A DNA stretch of 64,000 nucleotides from Obrimoposthia wandeli (lineage: Eukaryota), in NCBI GenBank assembly GCA_977020255.1, contig CDROCS010001688.1, positions 1-64,000 of the forward strand, written 5' to 3'. Within the stretch, counting starts at the first letter, position 1, and each line of letters opens with the position of its first letter. The notes under the pieces are model-generated. The model was not told the DNA's origin, ran no database searches, and saw nothing but the letters and a program-made list of their open reading frames with translations. Of the stretch, positions 10,020-20,832 are shown piece by piece. A program made the position numbers and the translations under genes.

Positions 10020-10645
10020 AGAACATGACAACACAACAGACAAGAATCGATATATTACGCCATGGGTTGCCAGAAGGGGATGGTTGTTTAAGAGGGCATA
10101 CTGATTTTCCAATTACCTCGACAGGTTTAATTCAAATGGCGACGGCAATTGCTGATCTTGATAGTGTTGATGTGGTCGTTACTTCTTCGTTGCAGCGGTG
10201 TAGTGATTTTGCTCAACAGACTGCCAATCAGCACTCTGTGCCTCTTCATCAGCTCGATTGCTGGAAAGAAATGGACTTTGGCAATTGGGACGGACAATTA
10301 CAGAAAACGTTATGGCAAGAACATAATGAAGCCTTAACACGCTATTGGCAAAACCCTTGGTTAGAAACCCCACACGGTGGTGAAGCACTAGTGGATTTTG
10401 ACAAACGAATTCATCAGGCTTGGTTAGATTTAGTAGAGCAGCACAAAGGTAAAAAAATACTGCTGGTATCGCATTCAGGTGTAATGCGACAGCTGATGCG
10501 TATTTTATTAGAAATGCCAGAGAATGCGAGTTATCTGCACCGTATTCAACTGCCTTACGCGGCGCGTTACCGCGTCACTATTTTCCATGATGAACAAGGG
10601 AAAGATTGGCCGCAGATCCAATGGCCAATTCAACAACAATTTTAG
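10016..10645 (+). CDS. cobC: Histidine phosphatase family protein, probable alpha-ribazole-phosphate phosphatase
   Basis: LRHG motif, EMDFGNWDG, VSHSGVMR; lies between cobU and cobQ. Confidence 0.82.
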   Translation: MKNMTTQQTRIDILRHGLPEGDGCLRGHTDFPITSTGLIQMATAIADLDSVDVVVTSSLQRCSDFAQQTANQHSVPLHQLDCWKEMDFGNWDGQLQKTLWQEHNEALTRYWQNPWLETPHGGEALVDFDKRIHQAWLDLVEQHKGKKILLVSHSGVMRQLMRILLEMPENASYLHRIQLPYAARYRVTIFHDEQGKDWPQIQWPIQQQF

Positions 10646-10751
10646 ATTTTCAGTATTGCAGTAGCAATTAACTACTCGTATTAACGAGCGCTTTCATTAT
10701 ATTTGCTGAAAATAAAACCCAAATATTAAACGAATATAGAATGAGAAACAG

Positions 10752-12230
10752 ATGCAACTAACCACACAAGCATTAATGGTTCAGGGTACAACATCAGACG
10801 CAGGCAAAAGCGTACTTACAGCGGGTTTATGCCGTGTACTTGCACGAAAAGGTATAAAGGTAGCGCCATTCAAATCTCAAAATATGGCACTCAATAGTGC
10901 AGTAACAAAAGATGGTGGTGAAATTGGCCGTGCACAAGCGGTTCAAGCACAAGCCGCATGTATCGAACCGACAGTGCACATGAACCCTGTATTGCTGAAG
11001 CCCAATACCGATGTTGGTGCTCAAATTATCGTTCAAGGTAAAGCAATCGCAGATATGGATGCGATAGGCTACAACGGCTATAAAAAAGTAGTGATGGGGC
11101 CTATCATGGAGTCTTTTGGTATTTTACAAGATGAATACCAAACCGTGATCATTGAAGGTGCGGGCAGCCCTGCAGAGATTAATTTACGTGAAAACGATGT
11201 CGCGAATATGGGGTTTGCAGAAAAGGCAGATGTGCCAGTCATCATTATTGCAGATATTGATCGCGGTGGTGTTTTTGCGCATTTGTACGGCACATTGGCA
11301 TTATTGTCTGAATCAGAGCAGGCACGTGTGATTGGTTTTGTTATTAATCGTTTTCGAGGCGATATTAAGTTACTTGAATCAGGGCTTGATTGGCTTGAAG
11401 AAAAAACCGGTAAACCAGTCTTGGGTGTTTTACCGTACTTGCATGGTTTGATGTTAGAAGCGGAAGACGCGATCAATATTCAGCAAGTTGAAGCTGCAGA
11501 CGAGCAACTCAATGTTGTTGTGCCAGTATTAACACGGGTAAGCAACCATACCGATTTCGATCCGTTGCGTATGCATCCACAAGTGAACTTACAATTCGTG
11601 GGTAAAGGACAACAAATTTCTCCAACAGATCTTATTATTATTCCTGGCACCAAAAGTGTGCGAAGCGATTTAGCATTCTTACGTGAACAAGGTTGGGATA
11701 AGCAGATCGAACGTCATTTGCGCTTAGGGGGTAAAGTGATGGGCATTTGTGGTGGTTATCAAATGTTGGGTGAAAGTATTGCCGACCCTGATGGCATTGA
11801 GGGGGAGGCGGGTGAAAGCCAAGGTCTTGGTTACTTACAAACATCCACCATACTTGCGCCTGAAAAACAGCTTAAGCAAACGGTAGGGACACTTCAATTA
11901 CCTGAGCAACAAGCTGTACCGGTACGTGGCTACGAAATTCACGCTGGTATTACATCGGGCATTCAGACTAATGCACCAGTGCAACTTCAAGATGGGCCGG
12001 ATGGCCAGTTAGGTATTGATAATCAAGTGTTTGGAACCTATCTACATGGTATTTTTGAACAAACAGAAGCTTGTAATGCCATTTTATCTTGGGCAGGGTT
12101 AGAAGCCACGCAAACCCCTGATTTTGACCTAATACGCGAGCAAGGTATCGATCGTGTTGCCGATACACTTGAACAGTATATGAAGCTGGATAAATTGTGG
12201 CCAGAGTGGGCCGATAAGTTTGCCAAGTAA
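10752..12230 (+). CDS. cobQ: Cobyric acid synthase
   Basis: [42 protein letters not shown] and GTYLHG motifs. Confidence 0.97.
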   Translation: MQLTTQALMVQGTTSDAGKSVLTAGLCRVLARKGIKVAPFKSQNMALNSAVTKDGGEIGRAQAVQAQAACIEPTVHMNPVLLKPNTDVGAQIIVQGKAIADMDAIGYNGYKKVVMGPIMESFGILQDEYQTVIIEGAGSPAEINLRENDVANMGFAEKADVPVIIIADIDRGGVFAHLYGTLALLSESEQARVIGFVINRFRGDIKLLESGLDWLEEKTGKPVLGVLPYLHGLMLEAEDAINIQQVEAADEQLNVVVPVLTRVSNHTDFDPLRMHPQVNLQFVGKGQQISPTDLIIIPGTKSVRSDLAFLREQGWDKQIERHLRLGGKVMGICGGYQMLGESIADPDGIEGEAGESQGLGYLQTSTILAPEKQLKQTVGTLQLPEQQAVPVRGYEIHAGITSGIQTNAPVQLQDGPDGQLGIDNQVFGTYLHGIFEQTEACNAILSWAGLEATQTPDFDLIREQGIDRVADTLEQYMKLDKLWPEWADKFAK

Positions 12231-12271
12231 TATGCGATGAAACCTTAAAGCGCATTATTCCGTGATCTAAA

Positions 12272-12320
12272 AAAGCCCGTGTAGCATCCGATATTATCGC
12301 GATGTGGCACGGGCTTTTAT
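12272..12320. terminator. Bidirectional terminator between cobQ and the convergent gene
   Basis: AAAAGCCCGTG...CACGGGCTTTT. Confidence 0.65.
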
Positions 12321-12362
12321 TTTACGTAATACTACATTTTTCTTTTAGAAGAAACGTCGAGA

Positions 12363-13478
12363 TTAACGTTGCTCTAATGGGTATGAACGATAGCTCCACA
12401 TGCCATAAGTACGAAGTGCATCACGGTAGATACCTAGAAGCTCACCATCTGTTGGTACTTTTAATTCGTCGAGTGGCTTATCTGCGGCTGAAACGGTATC
12501 AAACGTAATGTCTTTAGGGCCAGTCTGCCAGCTTGCAATTTCAAACAATGTTTGTCCACGGCGTACGTGGCTTGCAGAGCTGATAATTGTGGCATGGTCA
12601 ATATCATGACGGGCTAGGGCGTAGCTACTGTATAGGGCGTTCTCTACAGTACTGCGTGCATAGTTATCTTCAATAATACGGCTGCGGTCTATCCCTTTTT
12701 CTACTAACCAATCCGCCATTAACTTACCTTCAGTCTTATGGTTTTTCGGTACGCCACCAGTCAGTACGATTAATGACTTAGGTTGCTCTTTCGCAAAAGC
12801 TAATGTCATCTCTAAACGTTGAATTAGAATATCATGCATACTGCCATCTGGGTTTAGGGCATAGCCCAATGTGATGATAGCGGTATTGCCGTCTTGCGCT
12901 TTATCAAATGTTTTCTTAAGTGGTGTTTCCACTATGCGATTCACGGTATCAAAAATGCGTTGCATGTCTGCGGCACGTCCTGGATTCAGTGATTCCAGTG
13001 CCTTCATGTGTTTCACTGATTCTGCATCGTTGCCTGTAAAGTGCTGCCATACCGCAAGGTAAGAATGTGCATCTACATCTTCAGGCGCAACACTTAATAC
13101 TTGTTCAAAAAGCTCAATGGCGCGTTTAGCGTTCTTGTTATAGATCTGTGCATTCGCGGCAGAGATTAACAAATCGGTACGATAAGGTTCTAAGTCGTAA
13201 GCTTCTAGCAGGCGATTAGTCACTATTTCCATGTTGCTTGGCATTTTTGCGGTAAACCCAGCATGTGAGATACGAGCGGGTGATTTGAATGCCGTTGCCG
13301 CATCAATAAGTAATTGATCAACTACCTGACGCTTTGTTGTGAACTGACTATATTCGACAGTTGCTTGAATGCTTTGTTGAGTATCTGTTTGATTTGCTGC
13401 AAAAAGGGAGGTAGAAGAAAGGGTTAGTAGGCTACCAAGGGTAAGAGCAATAATTGTTTTTTTCATTATATTGTTCAC
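12363..13478 (-). CDS. Exported TPR-containing YdcF/ElyC (DUF218) family protein
   Basis: Signal peptide; TPR-like helices (AIELFEQVLSVAPEDVDAHSYLA); DUF218 motifs TLGYAL, LTGG, EGKLMA, STVENA, SASHVRR. Confidence 0.8.
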   Translation of the reverse strand: MNNIMKKTIIALTLGSLLTLSSTSLFAANQTDTQQSIQATVEYSQFTTKRQVVDQLLIDAATAFKSPARISHAGFTAKMPSNMEIVTNRLLEAYDLEPYRTDLLISAANAQIYNKNAKRAIELFEQVLSVAPEDVDAHSYLAVWQHFTGNDAESVKHMKALESLNPGRAADMQRIFDTVNRIVETPLKKTFDKAQDGNTAIITLGYALNPDGSMHDILIQRLEMTLAFAKEQPKSLIVLTGGVPKNHKTEGKLMADWLVEKGIDRSRIIEDNYARSTVENALYSSYALARHDIDHATIISSASHVRRGQTLFEIASWQTGPKDITFDTVSAADKPLDELKVPTDGELLGIYRDALRTYGMWSYRSYPLEQR

Positions 13479-13632
13479 TTAAGTTCACGATTTGAAATGC
13501 AATGTACATAATTCTCGAAGAGAATTATGTGACCGCGGATTGAATATTGCAGTTATTGTGCAGAAATATGCGAAATTGGAATTAAATTCCGTTGTTCTAT
13601 GCCATTAAGCTGTTGTTTGTGCTATTTGTGCG

Positions 13633-14580
13633 TTATCTCGCTAAATGTCGTTGACTACGTTTTTCTAAACGACTAAATAACAGTGATAGCCCTAAACATA
13701 AAACCAGATACCCTGCACCCACTAATAGCCAAATCTCGAAGATAAGCCCTGATGAATTGGCCATTTCACTGCCTACAAAGGTCATTTCTTGAATCGAGAT
13801 GAGTGAGATGATTGAAGAGTCTTTCACCAGCGAGATAAATTGACCCGCTAATGGGGGCACTATGCTCGCAAAGGCTTGCGGGAAAATCACATCTCGAAAG
13901 CGGTTCCAGCGTGAAAGCCCTAAAGAATCGGCAGCTTCCCACTGTCCTTTTGCAATGGCATCAAGCCCCGAACGTACAATTTCAGCGATGTAGGCGGCAG
14001 AAATCAAGCCTACACAGAGCACGCCTGAAAATAGGTTTTCCCATAACGTAGAGGGTCCAAATAAGAAATGCTGTAAACCATTAATATCGCCAGCATGGTG
14101 GCGAAGTGTGTCAGCAAGCCCAATAGCAGGAACTAATTGGCTTGAAATGAAAAAGTAGAAAATAAAAACAAAAACAAGCGGTGGAATATTTCGAACAAGT
14201 TGAATATACGCTTGTGCTGGCAATCGTAAAATCATCAGTGGCGAGCGACGCGCAAGGCCTAATAATAAGCCGAGTAAACCCGCAAATACCATTCCCCATA
14301 AACTTAAGCGGATAGTTGTCACAAACCCTTGAAAGAAATAGGGTAGTTCACCAGCTTTACCTGCGGAAAAAATGAGATCTATGGCTTTATTCCAGCGCCA
14401 TTGATAATGAATACCAGCCGAAGATTGAATATAAATCCAACCAATAAATACGCTGATAATAGCGAGTAAAATCCAATCAAGTTTATTGAGTTTAATTCTT
14501 GAAAAGAACTGTAGCAACGCTGGAACATTATGTCCCAGCGTGCTTTTTTTTAAACCATGCTTAATGTTGCTTTGTGACAA
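13633..14580 (-). CDS. Polar amino acid ABC transporter permease
   Basis: VRNIPPLV, AYIAEIVRSG..I.KGQWEAA (EAA loop), SLVKDSS. Confidence 0.92.
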   Translation of the reverse strand: MSQSNIKHGLKKSTLGHNVPALLQFFSRIKLNKLDWILLAIISVFIGWIYIQSSAGIHYQWRWNKAIDLIFSAGKAGELPYFFQGFVTTIRLSLWGMVFAGLLGLLLGLARRSPLMILRLPAQAYIQLVRNIPPLVFVFIFYFFISSQLVPAIGLADTLRHHAGDINGLQHFLFGPSTLWENLFSGVLCVGLISAAYIAEIVRSGLDAIAKGQWEAADSLGLSRWNRFRDVIFPQAFASIVPPLAGQFISLVKDSSIISLISIQEMTFVGSEMANSSGLIFEIWLLVGAGYLVLCLGLSLLFSRLEKRSQRHLAR

Positions 14581-14582
14581 AG

Positions 14583-15392
14583 TTATTGTCCTTCAGAAAT
14601 CTGGTTTTGCCAATTAAGTGTGGTGAACCAGTAATCGTGACGCTCTTTTAACCAGCCATCTTCAGTTCGGAGTAAAATCCAGTTGTTGAAGAAATTAAGT
14701 AGATCAAATTCACCATGGCGAATGGCAAATGCTTCAGAACCACGGCTTAAACGATCGGTTAATGGAATAAAGAGCTTTTCGTTATACTGAATCGCCATTT
14801 GCTCTGGCTTAGGTGATGATGCAAGAACAGCGTGCGCGTTGCCATTAAGTACTTCTTGGAATGCTTGTGCATCATCATCAAACTGACGTAGCTTGGCTTT
14901 TGGGAAGTATTTTTTTGCTGTTTCTACCGTGAAAGCGCCACGACGAACAGAAAGCGTCACACTGCGTTTGTTGTAATCAGCAATCGTTAATTTGTCTGCA
15001 GATTTTTCCTTATTTGCCGCCAATTGAACACCTGAGTGCGCATAAGGTGACGTAAATAGAACACTCATATTACGTTGTGGTGTAATTGATAAACCACCGA
15101 TGATGACATCAAACTTACCCGCAAGTAGGGCCGGGATAATGCCATCCCATGCGGTAGGAATGAACTCAATTTTTAAGCCTGCATCTTTAGCAAGACGACG
15201 AGCAACATCGACTTCAAAACCGACGAGTTCACCTTGTTTGTCGCGCATTGCCCAAGGTACGAATGTTGAAAGCCCAACACGTAATGTTCCGCGTTCTTTT
15301 ATATCAATGAGTGTACTTTTTTCTGCTGCAAGGGCGTTTGTGCCCATCATTAATGTCATTACCGCAAGACAAGCGGCGAGTAATTTTTTCAT
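14583..15392 (-). CDS. Polar amino acid ABC transporter substrate-binding protein
   Basis: Signal peptide; GFEVD, WDGIIPALLAGKFDVIIGG. Confidence 0.92.
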   Translation of the reverse strand: MKKLLAACLAVMTLMMGTNALAAEKSTLIDIKERGTLRVGLSTFVPWAMRDKQGELVGFEVDVARRLAKDAGLKIEFIPTAWDGIIPALLAGKFDVIIGGLSITPQRNMSVLFTSPYAHSGVQLAANKEKSADKLTIADYNKRSVTLSVRRGAFTVETAKKYFPKAKLRQFDDDAQAFQEVLNGNAHAVLASSPKPEQMAIQYNEKLFIPLTDRLSRGSEAFAIRHGEFDLLNFFNNWILLRTEDGWLKERHDYWFTTLNWQNQISEGQ

Positions 15393-15444
15393 GCTTCCTT
15401 TCTCCTTAAAATACGATGCTACATCGTGTAGCTCGGATATATTC

Positions 15445-16275
15445 TTATTGTGTTGGTACGTTCATTTTATGTTCTAACCACGCCGCAAATCCTGATAGCA
15501 TTAAAGTGACGCACAAATAAATGCCAGCAACGGTAAACCACACTTCAAATGGCATTGCAGTATCAGCCACAATATTGCGACCTTCCGTTGTTAAATCAAA
15601 GATAGCCATGATACTGACAATTGAGGAATTTTTTACTAAAGAGACTGTTTCATTTGTGAGTGGTGGCAAAATTCTACGGATCATTTGCGGTAATATAATG
15701 AAGCGATACCCGTCTATTGCTGATAATCCCAAACTATTACAGGCTTCAAATTGTCCTCTGGGAATATTGTTTAAACCTGCTCTAAAAATCTCGGCCGTAT
15801 AAGCTCCTTGAAACAGTGAAAGGGCTAAAACTGCAGTGGTAAAGCGTTCTAATCCCAACACAGGCCCAAAGACAAAGTACAACAGGTAGATTTGTACTAG
15901 CAGTGGTGTATTGCGGATCAGTTCAATATAACCTCGTGCTAAACCGCGGCCAATAATCGAGTCAGATAAGCGTAGCAGCGCCGTTGCCATCCCGATGAGC
16001 AAAGTAAAAATAAGGCTAACAGCAGATATTTTTAAGGTGACGAATAAGCCTTCGAGTAATTCTGCTGGAAACCATTCACCATCTTCAATAAACCATAAAT
16101 ATTGTGGAATGCGATACCACTGCCAGCGATAATTCATCGCTTCAGCGCCAGCGTTCAGTAGCCATATTAAGCCAAGTGTCACTAACGAAATTTGCAATAA
16201 ACCAGAGAGTACAGGCTTTAGAATCCTATAGCCTGTTGATAGTGTTGCTGTAGAGAGCGTCTTATTTAACATCAA
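15445..16275 (-). CDS. Polar amino acid ABC transporter permease
   Basis: IRNTPLLVQ, AYTAEIFRAG..IPRGQFEA, LVKNSS. Confidence 0.92.
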   Translation of the reverse strand: MMLNKTLSTATLSTGYRILKPVLSGLLQISLVTLGLIWLLNAGAEAMNYRWQWYRIPQYLWFIEDGEWFPAELLEGLFVTLKISAVSLIFTLLIGMATALLRLSDSIIGRGLARGYIELIRNTPLLVQIYLLYFVFGPVLGLERFTTAVLALSLFQGAYTAEIFRAGLNNIPRGQFEACNSLGLSAIDGYRFIILPQMIRRILPPLTNETVSLVKNSSIVSIMAIFDLTTEGRNIVADTAMPFEVWFTVAGIYLCVTLMLSGFAAWLEHKMNVPTQ

Positions 16276-16311
16276 ATAAATTATATCTAGTCCAGGGAAT
16301 CAAGTAACGTG

Positions 16312-17073
16312 TTAGTAACTTAGAATCTGCTCTAAGAACTGCTTGGTTCGTTGCTGTTTAGGGGTATCAAATAATGTTGCTGGTGGCGCAATCTCAACAA
16401 TTTCACCTTCATCCATGAATACCACACGATCAGCTACTTGACGTGCAAAACCCATTTCATGCGTAACGCAGACCATAGTGATTCCTTCATTAACAAGCTC
16501 TTTCATAACATCGAGCACTTCCCGTATCATTTCGGGATCAAGCGCAGAGGTCGGTTCATCGAACAACAAAATATCAGGTTTCATGCATAACGAACGGGCA
16601 ATAGCGACACGTTGTTGTTGTCCGCCAGAAAGTTGTGCTGGGTATTTGTCGGCTTGAGGACCGATATGAACGCGTTCTAGGTACTCTCGTGCTAGTTTCT
16701 CTGCTTCATTTTTCGACATTTTTAATGTTCGACGTGGAGCTAGCATTAAGTTTTCTAACACGGTCATATGTGGAAAAAGATTAAAGTGCTGGAACACCAT
16801 GCCGACTTTGCCACGAATAGCTTTTAAATGTTTACGATCAAGATGGTGGCCTACAACATTCAATTGACCGGAATTATATTTCTCTAGGCCATTTATACAA
16901 CGGATGAGTGTTGATTTACCAGAGCCTGACGGACCACAAATGACTAAACGCTCACCACGGTTAATCGTTAAGTTTATGCCTTTCAATGCGTGAAAGTCGC
17001 CATACCACTTATCAACGTTTAAAAAAGAAATAATGGGATCATCTCTTAGGTTTTTAGAGTCTTCAGCTAACAA
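16312..17073 (-). CDS. Polar amino acid ABC transporter ATP-binding protein (GlnQ-like)
   Basis: Walker [17 protein letters not shown] signature, FDEPTSALD. Confidence 0.95.
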   Translation of the reverse strand: MLAEDSKNLRDDPIISFLNVDKWYGDFHALKGINLTINRGERLVICGPSGSGKSTLIRCINGLEKYNSGQLNVVGHHLDRKHLKAIRGKVGMVFQHFNLFPHMTVLENLMLAPRRTLKMSKNEAEKLAREYLERVHIGPQADKYPAQLSGGQQQRVAIARSLCMKPDILLFDEPTSALDPEMIREVLDVMKELVNEGITMVCVTHEMGFARQVADRVVFMDEGEIVEIAPPATLFDTPKQQRTKQFLEQILSY

Positions 17074-17520
17074 GGGAGATCTCAGTAAACTAGAATGTTG
17101 TCACCATGTTATTGCTTTTAGACGTATTTTTCAAAGAAATAGATCGTAAATAAGGAATAAAAAAGTAAAAAGCACCTAAGTACTCATGTTTTTGAGGCAT
17201 ATAGTCGAATGTGTTTTTACAGTACATTGAAGACGACTAAATCGGGGCTTCCAGTAAGCGATACAGTACTTAGGTCATATTTTACCGTCGAAATGCTTGG
17301 TTGATATTTGATCAGCTTGTTAGCAGTATTTTGTGGTTTTGTAAGCAGATTTGCTTAAATCAGGTATTAATGCATAAAAAATGTGTAATTTTATTCCAAA
17401 TAGCGTTTGCACATGCGGTGTGAAGGCGATAAGTTAGTTTAATGTTTATTGGAGTATGAAGACGCTATGGGTATTGACCGATACTTATCATAGTGTTGTA
17501 ACGCGGGAAGATGAGAAACA

Positions 17521-18573
17521 ATGCAAAAAACAGATGACGTACGCATTAGCGAGATAAAAGAACTTTTACCACCAGTAGCCGTATTGGAAAGATTTCCAGC
17601 CACTGAACAGGCGGCTGAAACTGTATATCAATCACGTAAATCCATTCATAACATTCTAAATGATGAAGATGATCGTTTGTTAGTTATTGTAGGACCTTGT
17701 TCAATTCATGACACTGAAGCTGCTATCGAATATGGTAAAAAGCTGAAAGTATTGCGTGACGAATTAAAAGGTGACCTTGAAATTGTAATGCGTGTTTACT
17801 TCGAGAAACCACGTACAACAGTCGGTTGGAAAGGATTAATTAACGACCCGTATATGGACAATAGCTTTCAGTTAAATGATGGTTTACGTATTGGCCGTAA
17901 GTTGTTACTTGATTTGACTGATATGGGCTTACCAACAGCGGGTGAGTTCCTTGATATGATTACCCCTCAATACATGGGTGATTTGATCAGTTGGGGCGCA
18001 ATTGGTGCGCGTACTACAGAATCTCAGGTTCACCGTGAACTATCTTCAGGTCTATCTTGCCCTGTTGGTTTTAAAAACGGTACCGATGGCAATATTAAGA
18101 TCGCGACAGATGCGATCGGATCGGCAAGTGCACCTCACCATTTTTTATCAGTGACTAAATATGGTCATTCAGCCATTGTTTCTACTTTGGGTAATGAAGA
18201 TTGTCATATCATTCTTCGTGGCGGTAAAGAGCCTAATTACAGCGCAGAACATGTTAATGCAGTAACATCACAACTCGGTTCTGCAGGTCAGCGTAAGAAA
18301 GTGATGATTGATTTCAGTCATGCTAATAGTTCGAAGAAATTTGAACGCCAAATTGTTGTTTCTGAAGATGTAGGTCAGCAAGTTGCTGGTGGTAATAAAG
18401 ATATCTTCGGTGTCATGGTTGAAAGCCACCTTGTTGAAGGTCGTCAAGATATCGTTGAAGGCATTAAACCAACTTATGGCCAAAGTATTACCGATGCATG
18501 TATTGGTTGGGCAGATACAGAAACAGTACTACGCCAATTAGCACGTGATGTTGCTAAGCGTCGTCAAGTATAG
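17521..18573 (+). CDS. aroG: Class I-alpha DAHP synthase (AroG-like)
   Basis: DDVRISEIKELLPP, GPCSIHD, RVYFEKPRTTVGWKG, IGARTTESQVHRE, DFSHANS, SITDAC. Confidence 0.95.
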   Translation: MQKTDDVRISEIKELLPPVAVLERFPATEQAAETVYQSRKSIHNILNDEDDRLLVIVGPCSIHDTEAAIEYGKKLKVLRDELKGDLEIVMRVYFEKPRTTVGWKGLINDPYMDNSFQLNDGLRIGRKLLLDLTDMGLPTAGEFLDMITPQYMGDLISWGAIGARTTESQVHRELSSGLSCPVGFKNGTDGNIKIATDAIGSASAPHHFLSVTKYGHSAIVSTLGNEDCHIILRGGKEPNYSAEHVNAVTSQLGSAGQRKKVMIDFSHANSSKKFERQIVVSEDVGQQVAGGNKDIFGVMVESHLVEGRQDIVEGIKPTYGQSITDACIGWADTETVLRQLARDVAKRRQV

Positions 18574-18596
18574 ACTGTTCCTTTGAAATAAAAGAT

Positions 18597-18623
18597 AGCC
18601 CAGTTTAGTCACTGGGCTTTTTT
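18597..18623 (+). terminator. Rho-independent terminator after aroG
   Basis: AGCCCAGT-TTAGTC-ACTGGGCT followed by TTTTT. Confidence 0.8.
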
Positions 18624-18928
18624 ATACAGTTTGTCTTTCCCATTTTAAATGTCCTGCTTAATATTTAATCGTTTTTTTAAATTGAAAAAATGTAGTTGTA
18701 GTTAAATCTATGATTAAAGTTATTTTAGCTTCAGTCGAAAAGTATATTGATTAATACTGGCGGTGTTAATCACCTTAAACAGTTAAAGGTTTTCGGGTTG
18801 CCAAGGCAGAGCGAGCGACTTCGTAAGCGCCCTTGTTTATAGACAGGGAAATATATAGAAAGTGCAATGGAAACAGAGTAGAGAGTGGGTTGTTAAGTCA
18901 CTAATTTTTCGTAATAATTCCTTATTTA

Positions 18929-19099
18929 TTAATGTTCATTTATTAGTTGTCTATACACTGAACTGAAAAGCAACGTTTTCCCTTCAGGTGAAAGGTCGTT
19001 CAATTCAAAATCAGCAACTTTTAAACGACGATGACATTCTTCTAAAATATCTTTTACAAGTATTCGTTGTTCAGTAGTCGGAAGTTCTTGTTTTATCAT
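18929..19099 (-). CDS. Small hypothetical protein, 56 aa, not in the ORF track
   Basis: Hand translation MIKQELPTTEQRILVKDILEECHRRLKVADFELNDLSPEGKTLLFSSVYRQLINEH; same strand as and 60 bp downstream of the zinc-ribbon ORF; weak SD. Confidence 0.55.
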   Translation of the reverse strand: MIKQELPTTEQRILVKDILEECHRRLKVADFELNDLSPEGKTLLFSSVYRQLINEH

Positions 19100-19159
19100 T
19101 AGTGCCTACTTTTGATTAATCAGATAGCGATTTATTCCATTTAAGATAGTGTATTCATT

Positions 19160-19363
19160 TTATTCAGTAGGAACTTGCTTACCTTCAGAAATAAGTTCAA
19201 ATTGTTGCGCTTTAGTGCAATGTGCAAATAGCTCGGCACCACAACTACAGCATTCATGTTTTTCCCAATGCTTTCTTGTTATGTGTTTTTCTACGAACGT
19301 TCTATGCATTTGCTTTAGATTAACGTTTGCGTTACAAGATGGACAAGTTACATTGAACCTCAT
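19160..19363 (-). CDS. Small zinc-ribbon-like protein
   Basis: CPSC and CCSC (CxxC x2); GGAG SD upstream of the ATG. Confidence 0.65.
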   Translation of the reverse strand: MRFNVTCPSCNANVNLKQMHRTFVEKHITRKHWEKHECCSCGAELFAHCTKAQQFELISEGKQVPTE

Positions 19364-19565
19364 GATATATCACTCCATTGAAATAGGTATTCCTAGTCAT
19401 GCAGGTGCATATTAATACATATTAAACCGGATGGTATTGGGATCAATATCACATATATGATTGGGTGATGAATATGTTGGCTAAATGTGTCGTATTTGTA
19501 ACACCTTGGAGGGGTGGGTTGGGTGTATTATAGGTGGATAGCTGTGGAATAACGTAAATAGAAGA

Positions 19566-20099
19566 TTATTGTGGCGGGTAGGTTTTGAACATCTCATTAA
19601 TTTGCTCATTAATGAAGGTTATTCGTGACTGAGCTGACATTTCATCCGTAAGCTTACGTTGAGAAATTGATCGCCATATAACCTGATTTGAGGTGTTTTG
19701 GATTAATTCAACAATCAATTTGCCATATCTATTTTCTTTATATTGTGTTGGTGAACTGAAACCTACGCCTACGTTGTTAAAGCCGTAACCAAAACCAACA
19801 CTCGTCCCGTAAGACTGTAGTTCTGACTCTGCTTGTATATAATATTTAACCGTTAGATCTGTTTTGCTATCTGTGACTAGCCTTAGCCCTTTATTTGTTA
19901 ATTGGTAATTTAAAGCTTCTTTGACACGCGCTGCATCTAAGCTTGTTGCCGTTTTATTCGCATTTTCTGAAAATTCGTAAGTATGGAATTGGCTGTAATT
20001 TACATCTGCTTTAAAATCGGTTGAGACAGCAGAGCTACACCCTACAAGGAATAAACTAAATAACGGCATACTTGCGAATGTCTTAATAAAGCGCAACAT
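19566..20099 (-). CDS. DUF4136 family lipoprotein
   Basis: Lipobox LVGC; GTSVGFGYG, YKE..GKLIVELI....QVIWRS pattern. Confidence 0.8.
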   Translation of the reverse strand: MLRFIKTFASMPLFSLFLVGCSSAVSTDFKADVNYSQFHTYEFSENANKTATSLDAARVKEALNYQLTNKGLRLVTDSKTDLTVKYYIQAESELQSYGTSVGFGYGFNNVGVGFSSPTQYKENRYGKLIVELIQNTSNQVIWRSISQRKLTDEMSAQSRITFINEQINEMFKTYPPQ

Positions 20100-20198
20100 A
20101 GAATGATCCTTAAGGTGTCTGATATACAGTATAGCTATGCATCTTGATTTTAACGTTAAAGTGTAATGAATAAGATTTAGCCTGATTTCTTTTTATCA

Positions 20199-20241
20199 TT
20201 GACTCATATTAGGTTAATACCTATTATCGTTAATCGACGAT
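20199..20241 (+). promoter_or_regulatory. Sigma70 promoter of arsR with an overlapping ArsR-type inverted repeat
   Basis: TTGACT (20199-20204), 17 bp, TATTAT (20222-20227); ATCGT-N6-ACGAT palindrome at 20226-20241. Confidence 0.65.
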
Positions 20242-20260
20242 TTGAGGATGAAGTACTCTG

Positions 20261-20620
20261 ATGAATAAAGAAAAGCAGGTATCAAAGCAAGAAGAATTGA
20301 ACTGTGAAGATGCTGGCTGTATCACTGTTTTGAATGATATCGTTATTGATGAAGCAAAAGAGCAAGCGATTGCAACGGCTGCTAAAGCGATATCTCACCC
20401 AGCACGCGTTAGAATCTTGCGTATATTAGCACGTCAGCAAGGTTGTCTTAATAGCGATCTGGTCGGTGAACTTGGCTTGGCTCAATCGACAGTTTCAGAG
20501 CATTTACGCATCTTACGTGAGGCCGGGTTTGTTGTTGCTGAACCTAAACCACCTAGAACATGTTTCTCTTTAAATAGAGTAAAACTTGATGAATTTAGTG
20601 CATTACTCAGCTATCTATAA
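20261..20620 (+). CDS. arsR: ArsR/SmtB family transcriptional regulator
   Basis: AKAISHPARVRIL and LAQSTVSEHLRILREAG HTH; several Cys residues as possible metalloid ligands. Confidence 0.88.
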   Translation: MNKEKQVSKQEELNCEDAGCITVLNDIVIDEAKEQAIATAAKAISHPARVRILRILARQQGCLNSDLVGELGLAQSTVSEHLRILREAGFVVAEPKPPRTCFSLNRVKLDEFSALLSYL

Positions 20621-20704
20621 TTTTTTAAGCCACATATTCTATAGCTCGCCTTCTAATTCTCATAGACAGTCTGACAAAAGTCTTTATAGAGACTTTTGTT
20701 AGTA

Positions 20705-20832
20705 TATACCCAAGTTACCTCAAGATGCTCGCCTTCGGCAGTGATTCAGCGTATCTACTTCTGTGTCAAATGTGTTTGATAGGGAATGGCATTCCTACAC
20801 ACATTCCCCTTGAATTAAACACGTTGAGACCG
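20705..20832 (+). repeat. ERIC/IRU-like miniature repeat (MITE), internally deleted and apparently lacking its right terminal repeat
   Basis: First 27 bp identical to 63839-63865; next 32 bp nearly identical to 63968-64000; starts with TATACCC like ERIC elements; right boundary approximate. Confidence 0.75.

Noticed and set aside
17371-17400. Possible ArgR or TyrR boxes between the ABC transporter and aroG
   Set aside because: Matches to both consensus sequences have several mismatches or wrong spacing.
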